A DNA stretch of 64,000 nucleotides, from sequence record MW882907, one strand, 5' to 3'. Both the position numbers and the translations under genes were made by a program. This stretch comes from Escherichia phage vB_EcoM_SQ17. Position 1 is the stretch's first letter; the number at the start of each line of letters is the position of its first letter. A model generated the notes under the pieces. The model worked only from the letters and a program-made list of their open reading frames with translations, ran no database searches and had not been told where the DNA came from. Positions 18,425 through 28,084 of this stretch are shown here, one piece after another.

Positions 18425-18614
18425 TTACAAAGATTGCTTTGTCACCATTTATATCTGTGACTTCATATGTAGTGCCTTCATACTGTGGAATATTCCAAAT
18501 TACACCATCATTAGCTTTTACGCTAATATGGCATTGGTGTTTTGAAACAACTTCATAATCTTCAAAACTTGTAAAAACACTAATTTTAGAACCAGTGCAA
18601 ATTGCAGTAGTCAT
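18417..18614 (-). CDS. hypothetical protein
   Basis: 65 aa ORF. Confidence 0.4.
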   Translation of the reverse strand: MTTAICTGSKISVFTSFEDYEVVSKHQCHISVKANDGVIWNIPQYEGTTYEVTDINGDKAIFVID

Positions 18615-18615
18615 T

Positions 18616-19275
18616 TTAACCTCGATTCATAAATGCATTAAATATTTGGTCATCAACAGAAATTTCTAATTCGACTTCAATTGCTTCAGCCTTTTCTTCA
18701 GGTGGTAATTCGTATCCACACACTACAATTTTTTCATCGATATCAAAATACACAGAAGCAATATGATTAATGTTATTTTCGGTTAAGTCTAAATCAACAT
18801 CAACATCTTTTTGACCTACACTTAAAGGATAACTAATACGGGTTATTTTATTATCTTTAACAAAGAGTCCACCAACATACTCTGTACTACGTTTGAAGTT
18901 TACACGTTTCCGAAATGAAAGATATGATGCATCTTTACCGTGAGCTCGGCTCATAGGACATAATGAATAACTAGAATAAGAGATGTCAAATCCTACACCT
19001 TCAATATGAGCCAACGTGTCATGATTAAACCAATTATAATCATATGCCAAATCCATTATATTGTAATATGTGAAAGGCACCGGATTAACATCATATGTTG
19101 TACCTTTAAAATCTGCCCAGGCAACGATTTCGTTATCTTTAACAATTACAAAAATTACACCAATATGATATCCGTTATTATTTTCATTCGGCGTTATATT
19201 ATAACATTGTGCATTAGGAAATTTACCATATTTAAATGGCGCATTTTTGTGCATATAATAAATCATATTATTCAC
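18616..19275 (-). CDS. hypothetical protein (61.2 position)
   Basis: 219 aa ORF. Confidence 0.5.
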   Translation of the reverse strand: MNNMIYYMHKNAPFKYGKFPNAQCYNITPNENNNGYHIGVIFVIVKDNEIVAWADFKGTTYDVNPVPFTYYNIMDLAYDYNWFNHDTLAHIEGVGFDISYSSYSLCPMSRAHGKDASYLSFRKRVNFKRSTEYVGGLFVKDNKITRISYPLSVGQKDVDVDLDLTENNINHIASVYFDIDEKIVVCGYELPPEEKAEAIEVELEISVDDQIFNAFMNRG

Positions 19276-19561
19276 CTGTGATTTCGGTTACGATATCTTT
19301 GTTATCGAAATTAGGGTCACAATACAAAACATAATTGTACTGCATGATACCGCCAGACTTAAGTTGTTCAACAACTTTATTAACCATATTAGGACGGTCT
19401 CGTTTAGTGATGTTCATGATATCAGAGAAGATTTGTTGTTCAACATCTTCTTGATTTGCAGTCATTGACCACTCACAGAGGTCTTTATCATAACCTGCCG
19501 TAACTGGAGCTGGTGCACATGATACTGCGAGTAAGATTGCTGCCAATGATAACCTTTTCAT
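19268..19561 (-). CDS. sp: Spackle periplasmic protein (superinfection exclusion, gp5 lysozyme inhibitor)
   Basis: 97 aa; signal peptide then AGYDKDLCEWSMTA ... SGGIMQYNYVLYCD matching remembered T4 Sp. Confidence 0.85.
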   Translation of the reverse strand: MKRLSLAAILLAVSCAPAPVTAGYDKDLCEWSMTANQEDVEQQIFSDIMNITKRDRPNMVNKVVEQLKSGGIMQYNYVLYCDPNFDNKDIVTEITGE

Positions 19562-19624
19562 TTTAACTCCTTAGTTGATTTGATAGGACTACTATACTAT
19601 AGTCCATCTATAATGTAAACAAGT

Positions 19625-19873
19625 TTATTCTTTTTCGCGAATAATAATTACTTGTTGAGGCTGCTGAGCAGATTTCTTTTCGGCAACGATAGACCAAATT
19701 AAAGTTCCAATCCAACCAACCATCGTCCAGTTAAAGAGTAAAGCTACAAAGAAGATTGCTGTTGTGCTTTTTGTGCCACGAATAAGTGCGATTACCCAAG
19801 GCAACATGTAAATGATGATTGAACCAATACCTGCGATTAAAACTGCTACTGAACTAGCCACGAATAATTCCAT
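19625..19873 (-). CDS. small integral membrane protein
   Basis: 82 aa with three hydrophobic segments. Confidence 0.5.
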   Translation of the reverse strand: MELFVASSVAVLIAGIGSIIIYMLPWVIALIRGTKSTTAIFFVALLFNWTMVGWIGTLIWSIVAEKKSAQQPQQVIIIREKE

Positions 19874-19934
19874 GTTAATTTCCTCTTGATTTGTTATGTT
19901 TATAGTATCTTATTTTAACTTTGGTGTAAACCAA

Positions 19935-20303
19935 TTAATTAAATTTGTTTAAACGTTCAATACACTGGACGTAGCTATTTGCGATTTGTTTCTGGGTAGG
20001 CTCTTTACCAGTTGTTTCAACATAGCGAATGAATGCGATTTCAGTAGCCTGTAGACAATGTTCTTTAACGCGTTGTTCTTTTGACAATGCTACAGTATCA
20101 GAATCACGATAACGTTGAGCATGGGCATCAGCTTGAATCATTCGATTACCTACAGTAACCGGGTCTTCCACTTCAACTTTAGGTTGTTCATATTGTTTAA
20201 CATTCGGATTGTAAATCAGTTGGCCGACGTTATTAGGAATAAAGCCGTGGGCACCACATCCGGTTAATCCAAATACCATTGCTAAAGCGATTAATTTTTT
20301 CAT
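19935..20303 (-). CDS. predicted lipoprotein
   Basis: 122 aa; signal peptide with lipobox LTGC. Confidence 0.55.
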   Translation of the reverse strand: MKKLIALAMVFGLTGCGAHGFIPNNVGQLIYNPNVKQYEQPKVEVEDPVTVGNRMIQADAHAQRYRDSDTVALSKEQRVKEHCLQATEIAFIRYVETTGKEPTQKQIANSYVQCIERLNKFN

Positions 20304-20373
20304 TTCAATTTCCTCTGTAGTTGATAGAAAGATAGTAACACAGTATGTGGTGCTTGTAAACAGTTATTTAAAA

Positions 20374-20562
20374 TTATTGAAAATCTGCTTCGAAAACTTT
20401 CTCGTCATTAACAAATGCTTTAACTAATGCGTTGTTCACTTCAGCAAGTTGTACCGTAACCCACTCGATTTCTTCGCGATCACCTGATAACATGATATCT
20501 TTAGTGAACATCTCACCGCTTTTAAACCAACCGATAAAAGTAACTTTAGTTAATTTGTTCAT
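20374..20562 (-). CDS. dmd: Dmd, antitoxin against RnlA/LsoA mRNA endoribonucleases
   Basis: 62 aa; VTFIGWFKSGEMFTKDIM ... NNALVKAFVNDEKV matches remembered T4 Dmd (gene 61.5). Confidence 0.8.
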   Translation of the reverse strand: MNKLTKVTFIGWFKSGEMFTKDIMLSGDREEIEWVTVQLAEVNNALVKAFVNDEKVFEADFQ

Positions 20563-20876
20563 ATTTCCTCACAAAATGCCCATTCAGCGTGATAAACTGT
20601 AGCACCTTTAGTATTATTCATTTGAACTACGTCTACCGGAGAAATTACTCGATAGAGACGTGGTTCACCTCCATAAGAGCGTGCTGCTCGTCCTGCATAA
20701 ATCTTTGCTAAACCGATATCTTCAGTAAAGAATACACGATCCAAGTTTTTCTTACGTCCGGTTTCAGACAGAACTCCTGTTTCCTCAGGAGGACAAAGCA
20801 TGTTTTCGATGTTAGCTGAACTACTTGAACCGTGATAAAAAATCTTAAATTCTGCTTTACAATCGATGGTTTTCAT
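20559..20876 (-). CDS. hypothetical protein
   Basis: 105 aa; contains FYHGSSS motif; ATG preceded by CCAAGAGGAGAA. Confidence 0.5.
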   Translation of the reverse strand: MKTIDCKAEFKIFYHGSSSSANIENMLCPPEETGVLSETGRKKNLDRVFFTEDIGLAKIYAGRAARSYGGEPRLYRVISPVDVVQMNNTKGATVYHAEWAFCEEI

Positions 20877-20964
20877 TTTGTTCTCCTCTTGGTTGGTGTA
20901 AGTACATCATATCATGCCTAGAGGAAGATGTAAACCCCGAAAGGAGACCGAAGTCTCCTTTTTA

Positions 20965-22407
20965 TTAAAATTTTAACTCATTGGCTAAGCTATCTAGGTC
21001 AGCACGTGTTGCTTTGGCTTTACCTACGCGTTCCGTACGATTCATCTCTGCCTGACGCATCTGAGCACCTGCGTTTTCATTTACTGTGTTAGATGTGTTC
21101 ATGCCTTCTTGCTCAATCTCAATCCATTTTTGGTTGCCTTTACGTACACCCATCAGGAATTTATTCCACTTATTCTTATCACCGTATCGTGATTTGATTT
21201 GTTTGATAAGTTGTTGTTCAGCTTGTGCAAGTTCTTCGGTTTCAATTACAGCCAACATGAAATCTGCTGTTGCTGGTAAACCTGCTGATTCTGCAATATC
21301 GCTCATGTTCATATCCGAAGCATCCCATGCTGCACGTCCTACTTGAGCTGCAGTCCATAGAACTGTTTCAGATTCTACTGCTAATGCACGAAGTTCTTCT
21401 GCGATAGCTTTAACTAATGTGTAGCTATTTTCAGTGTAAACTCTGATACGACAAGACCCACAAATACCTAAGTAATCAACCATGATTACAGATGGCACAA
21501 AGTTCTTCTTGAGTTTCAATTCATTAAGCAATGCACGGAATGTATTAGCATTAGCTCCGCCAGTAGGATACTGTTTAACTACTAAACGTCCTAATGTTGT
21601 TTTTGAACGCCATTTTTCCATCTTGGCTTTATATTCGGCATAAGATACGTTACCATCATCGATATCATCGAGCGATACGTCAAGCATGTTTGCATCTATA
21701 CGCTTAGCACAAACTTCTTCAGCCATTTCCATGGAAATATAAAGAACATTATGGCCTGTTTGAAGATAATCTGCAGCAAGTGAACAAAGGCCTAAAGATT
21801 TACCGACGTTAACACCAGCCATTAAAACGTTTAGTGTACCGGTTTCAGCACCACCTTTAGTGATTTTATTCAAAATGTTTAATTTGAACGGGACCTTACG
21901 TGCTTTGTTCAGATAAGAAAGCCAGCGGGCTTCATAGTCTTCCATCCAGTCATGTCCAACATAACTATCAAACGAAATTGAAAGTGCTTGACGCATAATA
22001 TCAGGAATAGCTCCTACATCAGGCATTTTCTTGTTACGTTGTTCTGGAGGTAGTTCAGCATTAGACTGAATCTCAATGATTTTGGATGTAGCATTATACA
22101 TCGCTTTTTGCTGGACGTATTTCTCAGTTTCTTTAACCAACCATTCGTGGTCTTCAGGAGTATCAGCCAATTTTTCAATTAGGTCTGAAGTTCCTTTATA
22201 TTCGGCTTCAGTTAAAGAACTGTTATCTAAAGCCACCTTTAATGCGTTGATAGACGGCATTGCATTATATTCGTTAACGTGGCTCTTTATAATTTTAAAG
22301 ACATTTTTTGCCGGTCCACGCTCAAAATACTCAGAATCCATATAAGGCCAGACCTTAGAAAAATAAGCCTGGTCATATACTAGATGAGACAAAATAATTT
22401 CTACCAC
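20965..22407 (-). CDS. 41: replicative DNA helicase (DnaB-like)
   Basis: 480 aa; Walker A GVNVGKS, DnaB-family architecture; position between gene 40 and dmd as in T4. Confidence 0.9.
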   Translation of the reverse strand: MVEIILSHLVYDQAYFSKVWPYMDSEYFERGPAKNVFKIIKSHVNEYNAMPSINALKVALDNSSLTEAEYKGTSDLIEKLADTPEDHEWLVKETEKYVQQKAMYNATSKIIEIQSNAELPPEQRNKKMPDVGAIPDIMRQALSISFDSYVGHDWMEDYEARWLSYLNKARKVPFKLNILNKITKGGAETGTLNVLMAGVNVGKSLGLCSLAADYLQTGHNVLYISMEMAEEVCAKRIDANMLDVSLDDIDDGNVSYAEYKAKMEKWRSKTTLGRLVVKQYPTGGANANTFRALLNELKLKKNFVPSVIMVDYLGICGSCRIRVYTENSYTLVKAIAEELRALAVESETVLWTAAQVGRAAWDASDMNMSDIAESAGLPATADFMLAVIETEELAQAEQQLIKQIKSRYGDKNKWNKFLMGVRKGNQKWIEIEQEGMNTSNTVNENAGAQMRQAEMNRTERVGKAKATRADLDSLANELKF

Positions 22408-22416
22408 GATAACTCC

Positions 22417-22779
22417 TTAAAAGAATTTAAATTTTTTCTTGGTCCGTTCATTAAAAGCTTGTTGTACTTGCATTGTAACACATTTTTCAACATGTGGCGC
22501 AAGTTCTGCTTTTCTGTCCTGGTCAAGAACTGCAAAGTCCATTACGATTTTACCATCAACCCAGTCTAGTTTTGTAATATAGACTATATGATGGGAACCG
22601 TCTTCAAGTGTAATCAGAATCTCTTGAATGACATTTTCCATTGCTGAACGGACAATTTTAAGAGATTCATTAAACACTCGTTCTTTGCGAATGTCCTCCC
22701 CTTCCAAAGAAGGGGATTCATCAACGATTTCTAGATTTAAATCATCGAGATTATTCATCGAAATCTTCCATTTCGTCAA
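22417..22779 (-). CDS. 40: head vertex assembly chaperone gp40 (by size and position)
   Basis: 120 aa ORF between uvsX and 41. Confidence 0.6.
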   Translation of the reverse strand: MTKWKISMNNLDDLNLEIVDESPSLEGEDIRKERVFNESLKIVRSAMENVIQEILITLEDGSHHIVYITKLDWVDGKIVMDFAVLDQDRKAELAPHVEKCVTMQVQQAFNERTKKKFKFF

Positions 22780-23923
22780 GGTCGTTTTCTATATCTGCTG
22801 CAGACGGAGCATCAGAAGTTTTAACCGGAACTTTAGTTGTTGCTTTGCAATTAATAAGGTCGTTAACAGCGTCATCAACTTCTTTAATAGAAGAGATAGC
22901 ACCTAGTTTATATTTAGTTTCAATTGCATCTCGGAAAGGTTTGTGTTTAAACAACGGTCCCCAGAATTCTACACAATCAGTAGCTTTAGCACGCCATGAT
23001 TTTTCTTCACGAATCATTTCGCCTGTTTCTTCGTCAAGGAATTCTCGAGCATACCACCCTGCTTTAGGCTTAACTACAAAACCAATTTCAGTTGCCATTT
23101 CTAACAAGCCACTGAATGGGTCAATACCGCCATCAAAATTAACCGTGATCGGGAAAGTAGATTTTTCTTTAACGGTGCGAGATTTTTCTGCTTTCAACGT
23201 GAAGTCATAACCGGTCAATTCTGTACCTTCTTTAACCTGACGTTTAGAGATAAAGAATACAGTGTTAGCAGAGTAAAGAATACCTGTGCCACCGCCCATA
23301 ATCTCTTTAGGATATAGTCCGCCGATTTCCATTGCTGTATGGTTGATTGCAACACATGGAATATCTTTAATAGTCAGATAAGGAGTCACAATGCGGAACA
23401 GAGATTTAAGTGCCTTAGCACGAGACATATCACCTACAACTTTCTCGTTCAACGCATCTTCGGTTTCTTTCTTAGATGCAGTATTACCAATCGAGTCGAT
23501 AAAGATAATAACTTTATCACCGCGTTCAATCGCGTCAAGCTGATTAGTCATATCAACTTTAAGTTGTTCGACAGATTGAATCGGAGTATGAACTACACGG
23601 TCTAAATCAACACCCATTGAACGAAAATAAGATTCTGAAGCACCAAATTCTGAATCATAGAACAAACAAATTGCATCTTTATATTTCTTCATATACGCTG
23701 CAACCATAGTTAGTCCAAACAACGTTTTAAAGTGTTTAGAAGGAGCAGCAAAAATAGTTAAGCCTGATTGCAACCCGGCATTCAGTGCACCACCTAATGC
23801 AATATTCAACATCGGAATACGAGTAGGGACTTCATCGCGATTATTAAACAACTTAGACTTAGTCAAGTCTGCAGTCATTTTAGAAGTAGAAGCTTTAATC
23901 AGACGAGATTTTAAATCAGACAT
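22751..23923 (-). CDS. uvsX: UvsX recombinase (RecA-like)
   Basis: 390 aa; N-terminus MSDLKSRLIKASTSK... matches remembered T4 UvsX; RecA core motifs present. Confidence 0.9.
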   Translation of the reverse strand: MSDLKSRLIKASTSKMTADLTKSKLFNNRDEVPTRIPMLNIALGGALNAGLQSGLTIFAAPSKHFKTLFGLTMVAAYMKKYKDAICLFYDSEFGASESYFRSMGVDLDRVVHTPIQSVEQLKVDMTNQLDAIERGDKVIIFIDSIGNTASKKETEDALNEKVVGDMSRAKALKSLFRIVTPYLTIKDIPCVAINHTAMEIGGLYPKEIMGGGTGILYSANTVFFISKRQVKEGTELTGYDFTLKAEKSRTVKEKSTFPITVNFDGGIDPFSGLLEMATEIGFVVKPKAGWYAREFLDEETGEMIREEKSWRAKATDCVEFWGPLFKHKPFRDAIETKYKLGAISSIKEVDDAVNDLINCKATTKVPVKTSDAPSAADIENDLDEMEDFDE

Positions 23924-24022
23924 TGTATTTTTCCATAGGCATCATTATATTTTACTCATGTTTAAAAGATAAGACGATTATATACTAAGGGTTATACAGC
24001 ATTTAAAACTTTAAACAGGCTC

Positions 24023-24571
24023 TTAACGAGCCCATTTGATAATTTCTGTAATCAAATAATTACGTTCGCTTGCATTAAATCCTATAACTTTGTTAGCACC
24101 GTCATGATTAAGTAATTGATACGTTTGGATTTTGTTATGAATTGCAAACTCTTCAAAATATGAAATGACTGTATTAAAACCGAATGAAGACAAAGTAATA
24201 AGGTCGTCTTCAAAACTTTCAGTCATTTCGTTACGTGTTAAAATAATTGTGAACACATCATGGTTTTGGCAAAGACGAACATAATCCTGTTCATAAACGT
24301 CAAGAACCGAGTCCGCATCTTGTCGAATACGTCCATAAACCCAGTTACTAATATATCCACGGTCTAACAGATAAATCTTAGTAGAGTCTAAATAATTCAA
24401 CATCGTTTCGAAACAGCCAACTTCATTTCGAGACTTAACATCGAAACGTCCATCAACTGTTCGTTTAGGGAAATCAATCTTTATATATCTTTCACTAATT
24501 TCCATTATGTCATTAATGAAAGTTGTTTTACCAGCATTATCCGGGCCATCTACTAAAATAATTTTAGCCAT
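24023..24571 (-). CDS. P-loop nucleoside/nucleotide kinase-like protein at the beta-gt locus
   Basis: 182 aa; Walker A GPDNAGKTT and LLDRGYIS resembling the thymidylate-kinase DRY motif; occupies the position of T4 beta-glucosyltransferase. Confidence 0.55.
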   Translation of the reverse strand: MAKIILVDGPDNAGKTTFINDIMEISERYIKIDFPKRTVDGRFDVKSRNEVGCFETMLNYLDSTKIYLLDRGYISNWVYGRIRQDADSVLDVYEQDYVRLCQNHDVFTIILTRNEMTESFEDDLITLSSFGFNTVISYFEEFAIHNKIQTYQLLNHDGANKVIGFNASERNYLITEIIKWAR

Positions 24572-24572
24572 T

Positions 24573-25472
24573 TTATTCCTCGATTACGACATCTTCATAT
24601 TTAGGTATATTATACGGTGAAGAAATTAAAGCGTTAAAGTAGATGAACTCGCCAAGACCTGGATGGAATACTTCTTCAGGATTTTCGAAATATTGAATCT
24701 TCGGCCGTCCTTTAAGAATTTGATAGTACTCAGTTTTAGTTGGATTAAAAATTCGAATCAGCGCTTCTTCAGGATACTTATTTCTGTCGAAGCTATTATT
24801 TGGATCGGTTATATAAAGCGGTTGACCTAATTGAATTGCACATTCAACCACTTGTTCAAAACGATAACACGGGTCACTAATTCGAAATGGATGAAAAATA
24901 CCATCTAGATGAATAGGAGCCAAATCACCTACAAGACGCTGCATGATGGAAGGACGTATAACTTTCTGCGTTACGATAATCTTATTACCATCTGCACCTG
25001 CGTTAACCAGCACTTCTTTTTGACGTTCATTCAACACAGTAGTTTGAAGTGAACGATTAACAGACAACATGTCGGTTTTTAAGAATTCGTCAATATAAAA
25101 ACGTGGTTTATTAGGGTCTGCAGTGATATTGAAATTGAATTCTACGTCAAAAGTGCCGTCATATCCAGTGATATCTGTGATTAGAAAATCACAATCATAA
25201 TAATCAATTAATGAATCAACCACAAATTCATTTTCAGACCAGAAATATTTACGAGTGTTATATGCGTTATCTTTATACCATAATGGAACAAACTTAAATT
25301 CTGGGAAAAGACGTTCACATTCTTTAATATCAGATGCATTACGTGGATATGTAATCACATCACCCGGATTAGCACGGTGCAAATGAAGTTGGAAGTTGCC
25401 ATCCTTAAGGATAGCATACTGTCCAGTTTCATAAGACCGCATACTCAAGATAGGTACGCGGAAAATAGCCAT
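24573..25472 (-). CDS. hypothetical protein at the beta-gt locus
   Basis: 299 aa ORF with no recognised motif. Confidence 0.5.
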   Translation of the reverse strand: MAIFRVPILSMRSYETGQYAILKDGNFQLHLHRANPGDVITYPRNASDIKECERLFPEFKFVPLWYKDNAYNTRKYFWSENEFVVDSLIDYYDCDFLITDITGYDGTFDVEFNFNITADPNKPRFYIDEFLKTDMLSVNRSLQTTVLNERQKEVLVNAGADGNKIIVTQKVIRPSIMQRLVGDLAPIHLDGIFHPFRISDPCYRFEQVVECAIQLGQPLYITDPNNSFDRNKYPEEALIRIFNPTKTEYYQILKGRPKIQYFENPEEVFHPGLGEFIYFNALISSPYNIPKYEDVVIEE

Positions 25473-26188
25473 TAGTCAAGGAATCCTTTAACATAATCAA
25501 AATCACGTTCAAACACATGGGCACTTACCATGGTATGAGTATAATCACCAACTTCTACACCACATTCGTTAGCGATATAATGAAGTAATTTTCCTTGGAG
25601 ATAAAAATCCAGCTGCATAACAACAGCACAGTTCTGAGAACGCATATGACAGTGGGTATAAAGCTTACCATCACGAATATAATAAGTCACTGAGTCAGTA
25701 CATGGATATTCAAGCGTTTCATCCGAATCAAGCAAAGCCTGATCTGAACTTTCTAGAATTTGGAACACAACTCTTCGAGAGTTAGGTTTCTCTTTAAGTT
25801 CTTTGAGAAGAGCTGGTAACTGGGCCGCAATTCGTGGACCATAGAAAGTGTTGAAGTTTGCAGGCAAAGCATCTGATTTAGGTTTAGAAATAAATTTAGC
25901 AACGTTAGGATATGCCTTAAATGCTTCTTCTGCATCAGTACCACCAGAAATCATAAACTTCCAGAAATCTTCAGCATATCCATAAGAGATGCGATTAATA
26001 CGTGGGTCGGTCATTTTGAATGATGATGGAGTGTCAACAACTACTGTCATAGACCCAATTTCATTACAACGTCCAATACGAGAATCAGTTACGAATTCCG
26101 GGTTTTCTAAAATTTCACGATTGACTGCTTTAAATGCGGTTTGAAAATCTGCGGCTTTGATATATTTCATTGTGTTATGTTTTCCCAT
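25472..26188 (-). CDS. 42: dCMP hydroxymethylase (thymidylate-synthase family)
   Basis: 238 aa; EYPCTDSVTYYIRDGKLYTHCHMRSQNCAVVMQLDFY aligns with remembered T4 gp42 active-site region DFMCTNTVQYLIRDKKINAVVNMRSNDVVFGFRNDY. Confidence 0.8.
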   Translation of the reverse strand: MGKHNTMKYIKAADFQTAFKAVNREILENPEFVTDSRIGRCNEIGSMTVVVDTPSSFKMTDPRINRISYGYAEDFWKFMISGGTDAEEAFKAYPNVAKFISKPKSDALPANFNTFYGPRIAAQLPALLKELKEKPNSRRVVFQILESSDQALLDSDETLEYPCTDSVTYYIRDGKLYTHCHMRSQNCAVVMQLDFYLQGKLLHYIANECGVEVGDYTHTMVSAHVFERDFDYVKGFLD

Positions 26189-26204
26189 GTTTACCTCAAT
26201 ACAA

Positions 26205-26232
26205 TTTATTATATACTCAATTCGTAAAGCTT
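26205..26232 (-). promoter_or_regulatory. possible MotA-type middle promoter upstream of gene 42
   Basis: minus strand AGCTTTAC about 11 nt upstream of TATATAAT; approximates the MotA box TGCTTtA plus -10 geometry. Confidence 0.3.
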
Positions 26233-26466
26233 ATTTGAATTTCTTGACAATGTTGATATAACGTAAAGCTTCAGCATCGATACTTCCAAGAACACTATGA
26301 AGAAATGCATCAGCGTAGTATTCCAATTAAACAGGTTCTTTAATCACTTTAGCCGCTTTAGTTTCAAACAGGCCCATCAGGGCCTTTTTAAGAATTTGTT
26401 CGTTGCTGTTAATTTTCGTAGTCAAAATCTCTTCATTAAGTTGGTGGTTAAAAGTTTTTCTAGAAA

Positions 26467-27627
26467 TCATTCTGGGTACCTCAAAGCGTCGTCAGAGTTA
26501 GTTATATCAATAATAGATATAGAGTTTTCTGATAACCCATTTTTAGATAACTGACGTTTATAATATCTTTCACAATATGTACACGTCGTCCCGCAGATTT
26601 CATTAGCACAATCGAAATCTGGATGTTTGAACCACCTTTTTTCTAAAAAGCCATCTAACAAAGAGGTTTCAATATTTACCGTATGTGAAAACTCAGTCTC
26701 ATTTTCAAGAGTGAAAATGGTCTCTAAAGGCTTCCATAATTCTAACAAATTACCTTCAAATTTTTCAGAAGCATAAGCTTCAAGAACTTTCAAAATGTAG
26801 TCTGTGCTACCTGTACGTCCTGAAACTTTGAATTGAGTGATACCAATATCATTATAAAGTTTCAAATCTTGAGGACGAACAAAACGAGTTCTCAACCAGT
26901 TAAATGGGTCTGTATCACGAGCTTTAATACAATGTTGCATTGGATATCCATTTAAAGATTTGGCATCATCTACTGTAACATCGGTGCTATGGAAAATATA
27001 GCAAGAGTCACGATAACTACAATGTGTTGTATACCCTTTACCAGCATTAGAACAGAACTCATTTACAAGAACTTCAAATATTATATTGTTCTTATTACAA
27101 AACTCTGCTGCACGCTTCAGGAAAGAAACTGAACGGTTCTTATGAATTCCGCAGCAGACCTTTTTGATATTATACTGGTCATGCAAGTATTTGATTTGAG
27201 TTACAGCATCGACATGTAGAATTGTTGAAACTTCAATCTCAATGTCTTTATTGACTTCACGAACAATTTCCATAACAACAGGGTTAGCGATAGTAATACG
27301 CCATACGCCTATTGACCAAAGATACTGAACATAATCCTGAATAGCTTTCTTCTTCCACTCAACTAGTTCTCTTTTTGAACCAGGATTTATCGTGTTGAGT
27401 GTATAGTTAAAGCAAATACCTAATTCGTTACAACGTTTAACGTAATCTTCTAACATCTTTTTGTCAACGTCAGGAAGCCTAAAATCAGGTCTGGCTGCTA
27501 CAAAAGCCATTTCTCTTGTAGAGCCGTATACTTCGTTTATCAAGCTATTAGGATAAGTTTTATTGAGCTCTACGATTTTATCAAGAAGAGCTAAATCAAA
27601 ATTCGTTCCGATTTTAAAAGTATTCAT
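26467..27627 (-). CDS. Cys-rich protein of unknown function, first gene of the sugar-nucleotide cassette
   Basis: 386 aa; clusters NEFCSNAGKGYTTHCSYRDSC and FDCANEICGTTCTYC suggest metal or Fe-S binding; faint resemblance to peptidase U32 signature; no T4 counterpart here. Confidence 0.55.
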   Translation of the reverse strand: MNTFKIGTNFDLALLDKIVELNKTYPNSLINEVYGSTREMAFVAARPDFRLPDVDKKMLEDYVKRCNELGICFNYTLNTINPGSKRELVEWKKKAIQDYVQYLWSIGVWRITIANPVVMEIVREVNKDIEIEVSTILHVDAVTQIKYLHDQYNIKKVCCGIHKNRSVSFLKRAAEFCNKNNIIFEVLVNEFCSNAGKGYTTHCSYRDSCYIFHSTDVTVDDAKSLNGYPMQHCIKARDTDPFNWLRTRFVRPQDLKLYNDIGITQFKVSGRTGSTDYILKVLEAYASEKFEGNLLELWKPLETIFTLENETEFSHTVNIETSLLDGFLEKRWFKHPDFDCANEICGTTCTYCERYYKRQLSKNGLSENSISIIDITNSDDALRYPE

Positions 27628-27682
27628 TTTTTACATCTCGCGTTAATTGATGCGATGGTTTTTGCAGGTCTTACTTAAATTA

Positions 27683-28084
27683 TTATAGATTCGGTTTATA
27701 TGATTTAAATGTTTCGAATTCGCCTTTATTCATAAGAGCTTTGAATTCGTCAGGACGCATAGCTTTGTCATCGATAATCCAATCATATACTGGTTTATGT
27801 GTTAGCAAATTATGGTACTTCAATCCAATGTTTGCCAAGTTCTGAATCAGACTCGGGAGAATGTCAATTGCTATACGACCAGGACCGACTGACTTCATAC
27901 CGCGAGCAGTGTAAAGCGTTATTGTATGCCCTGCATCATACAGGGCATTAATGGCAGACACCATTTCGACGTCTGGTTTGAAGTTCACGTAATCACGATT
28001 GTTATTCCACTCTGTTATACAATCATCGACATCAAAACAAAGATTAAGCATGTTTTCTACACGGTGCATTAGATTCGTTCCCAT
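27683..28084 (-). CDS. HAD-superfamily phosphatase (KdsC/GmhB-like small sugar-phosphate phosphatase)
   Basis: 133 aa; motif I FDVDDCIT (DxDxT), motif II TLYTARG, C-terminal DWIIDDK; alternative ATG at 28067-28069. Confidence 0.65.
   Translation of the reverse strand: MGTNLMHRVENMLNLCFDVDDCITEWNNNRDYVNFKPDVEMVSAINALYDAGHTITLYTARGMKSVGPGRIAIDILPSLIQNLANIGLKYHNLLTHKPVYDWIIDDKAMRPDEFKALMNKGEFETFKSYKPNL

Noticed and set aside
20935-20962. hairpin AAAGGAGAC-CGAA-GTCTCCTTT as a plus-strand terminator
   Set aside because: the U-run follows the hairpin only on the plus strand, where nothing is transcribed upstream; more likely a minus-strand RNA structure between gene 41 and the next promoter; function undetermined
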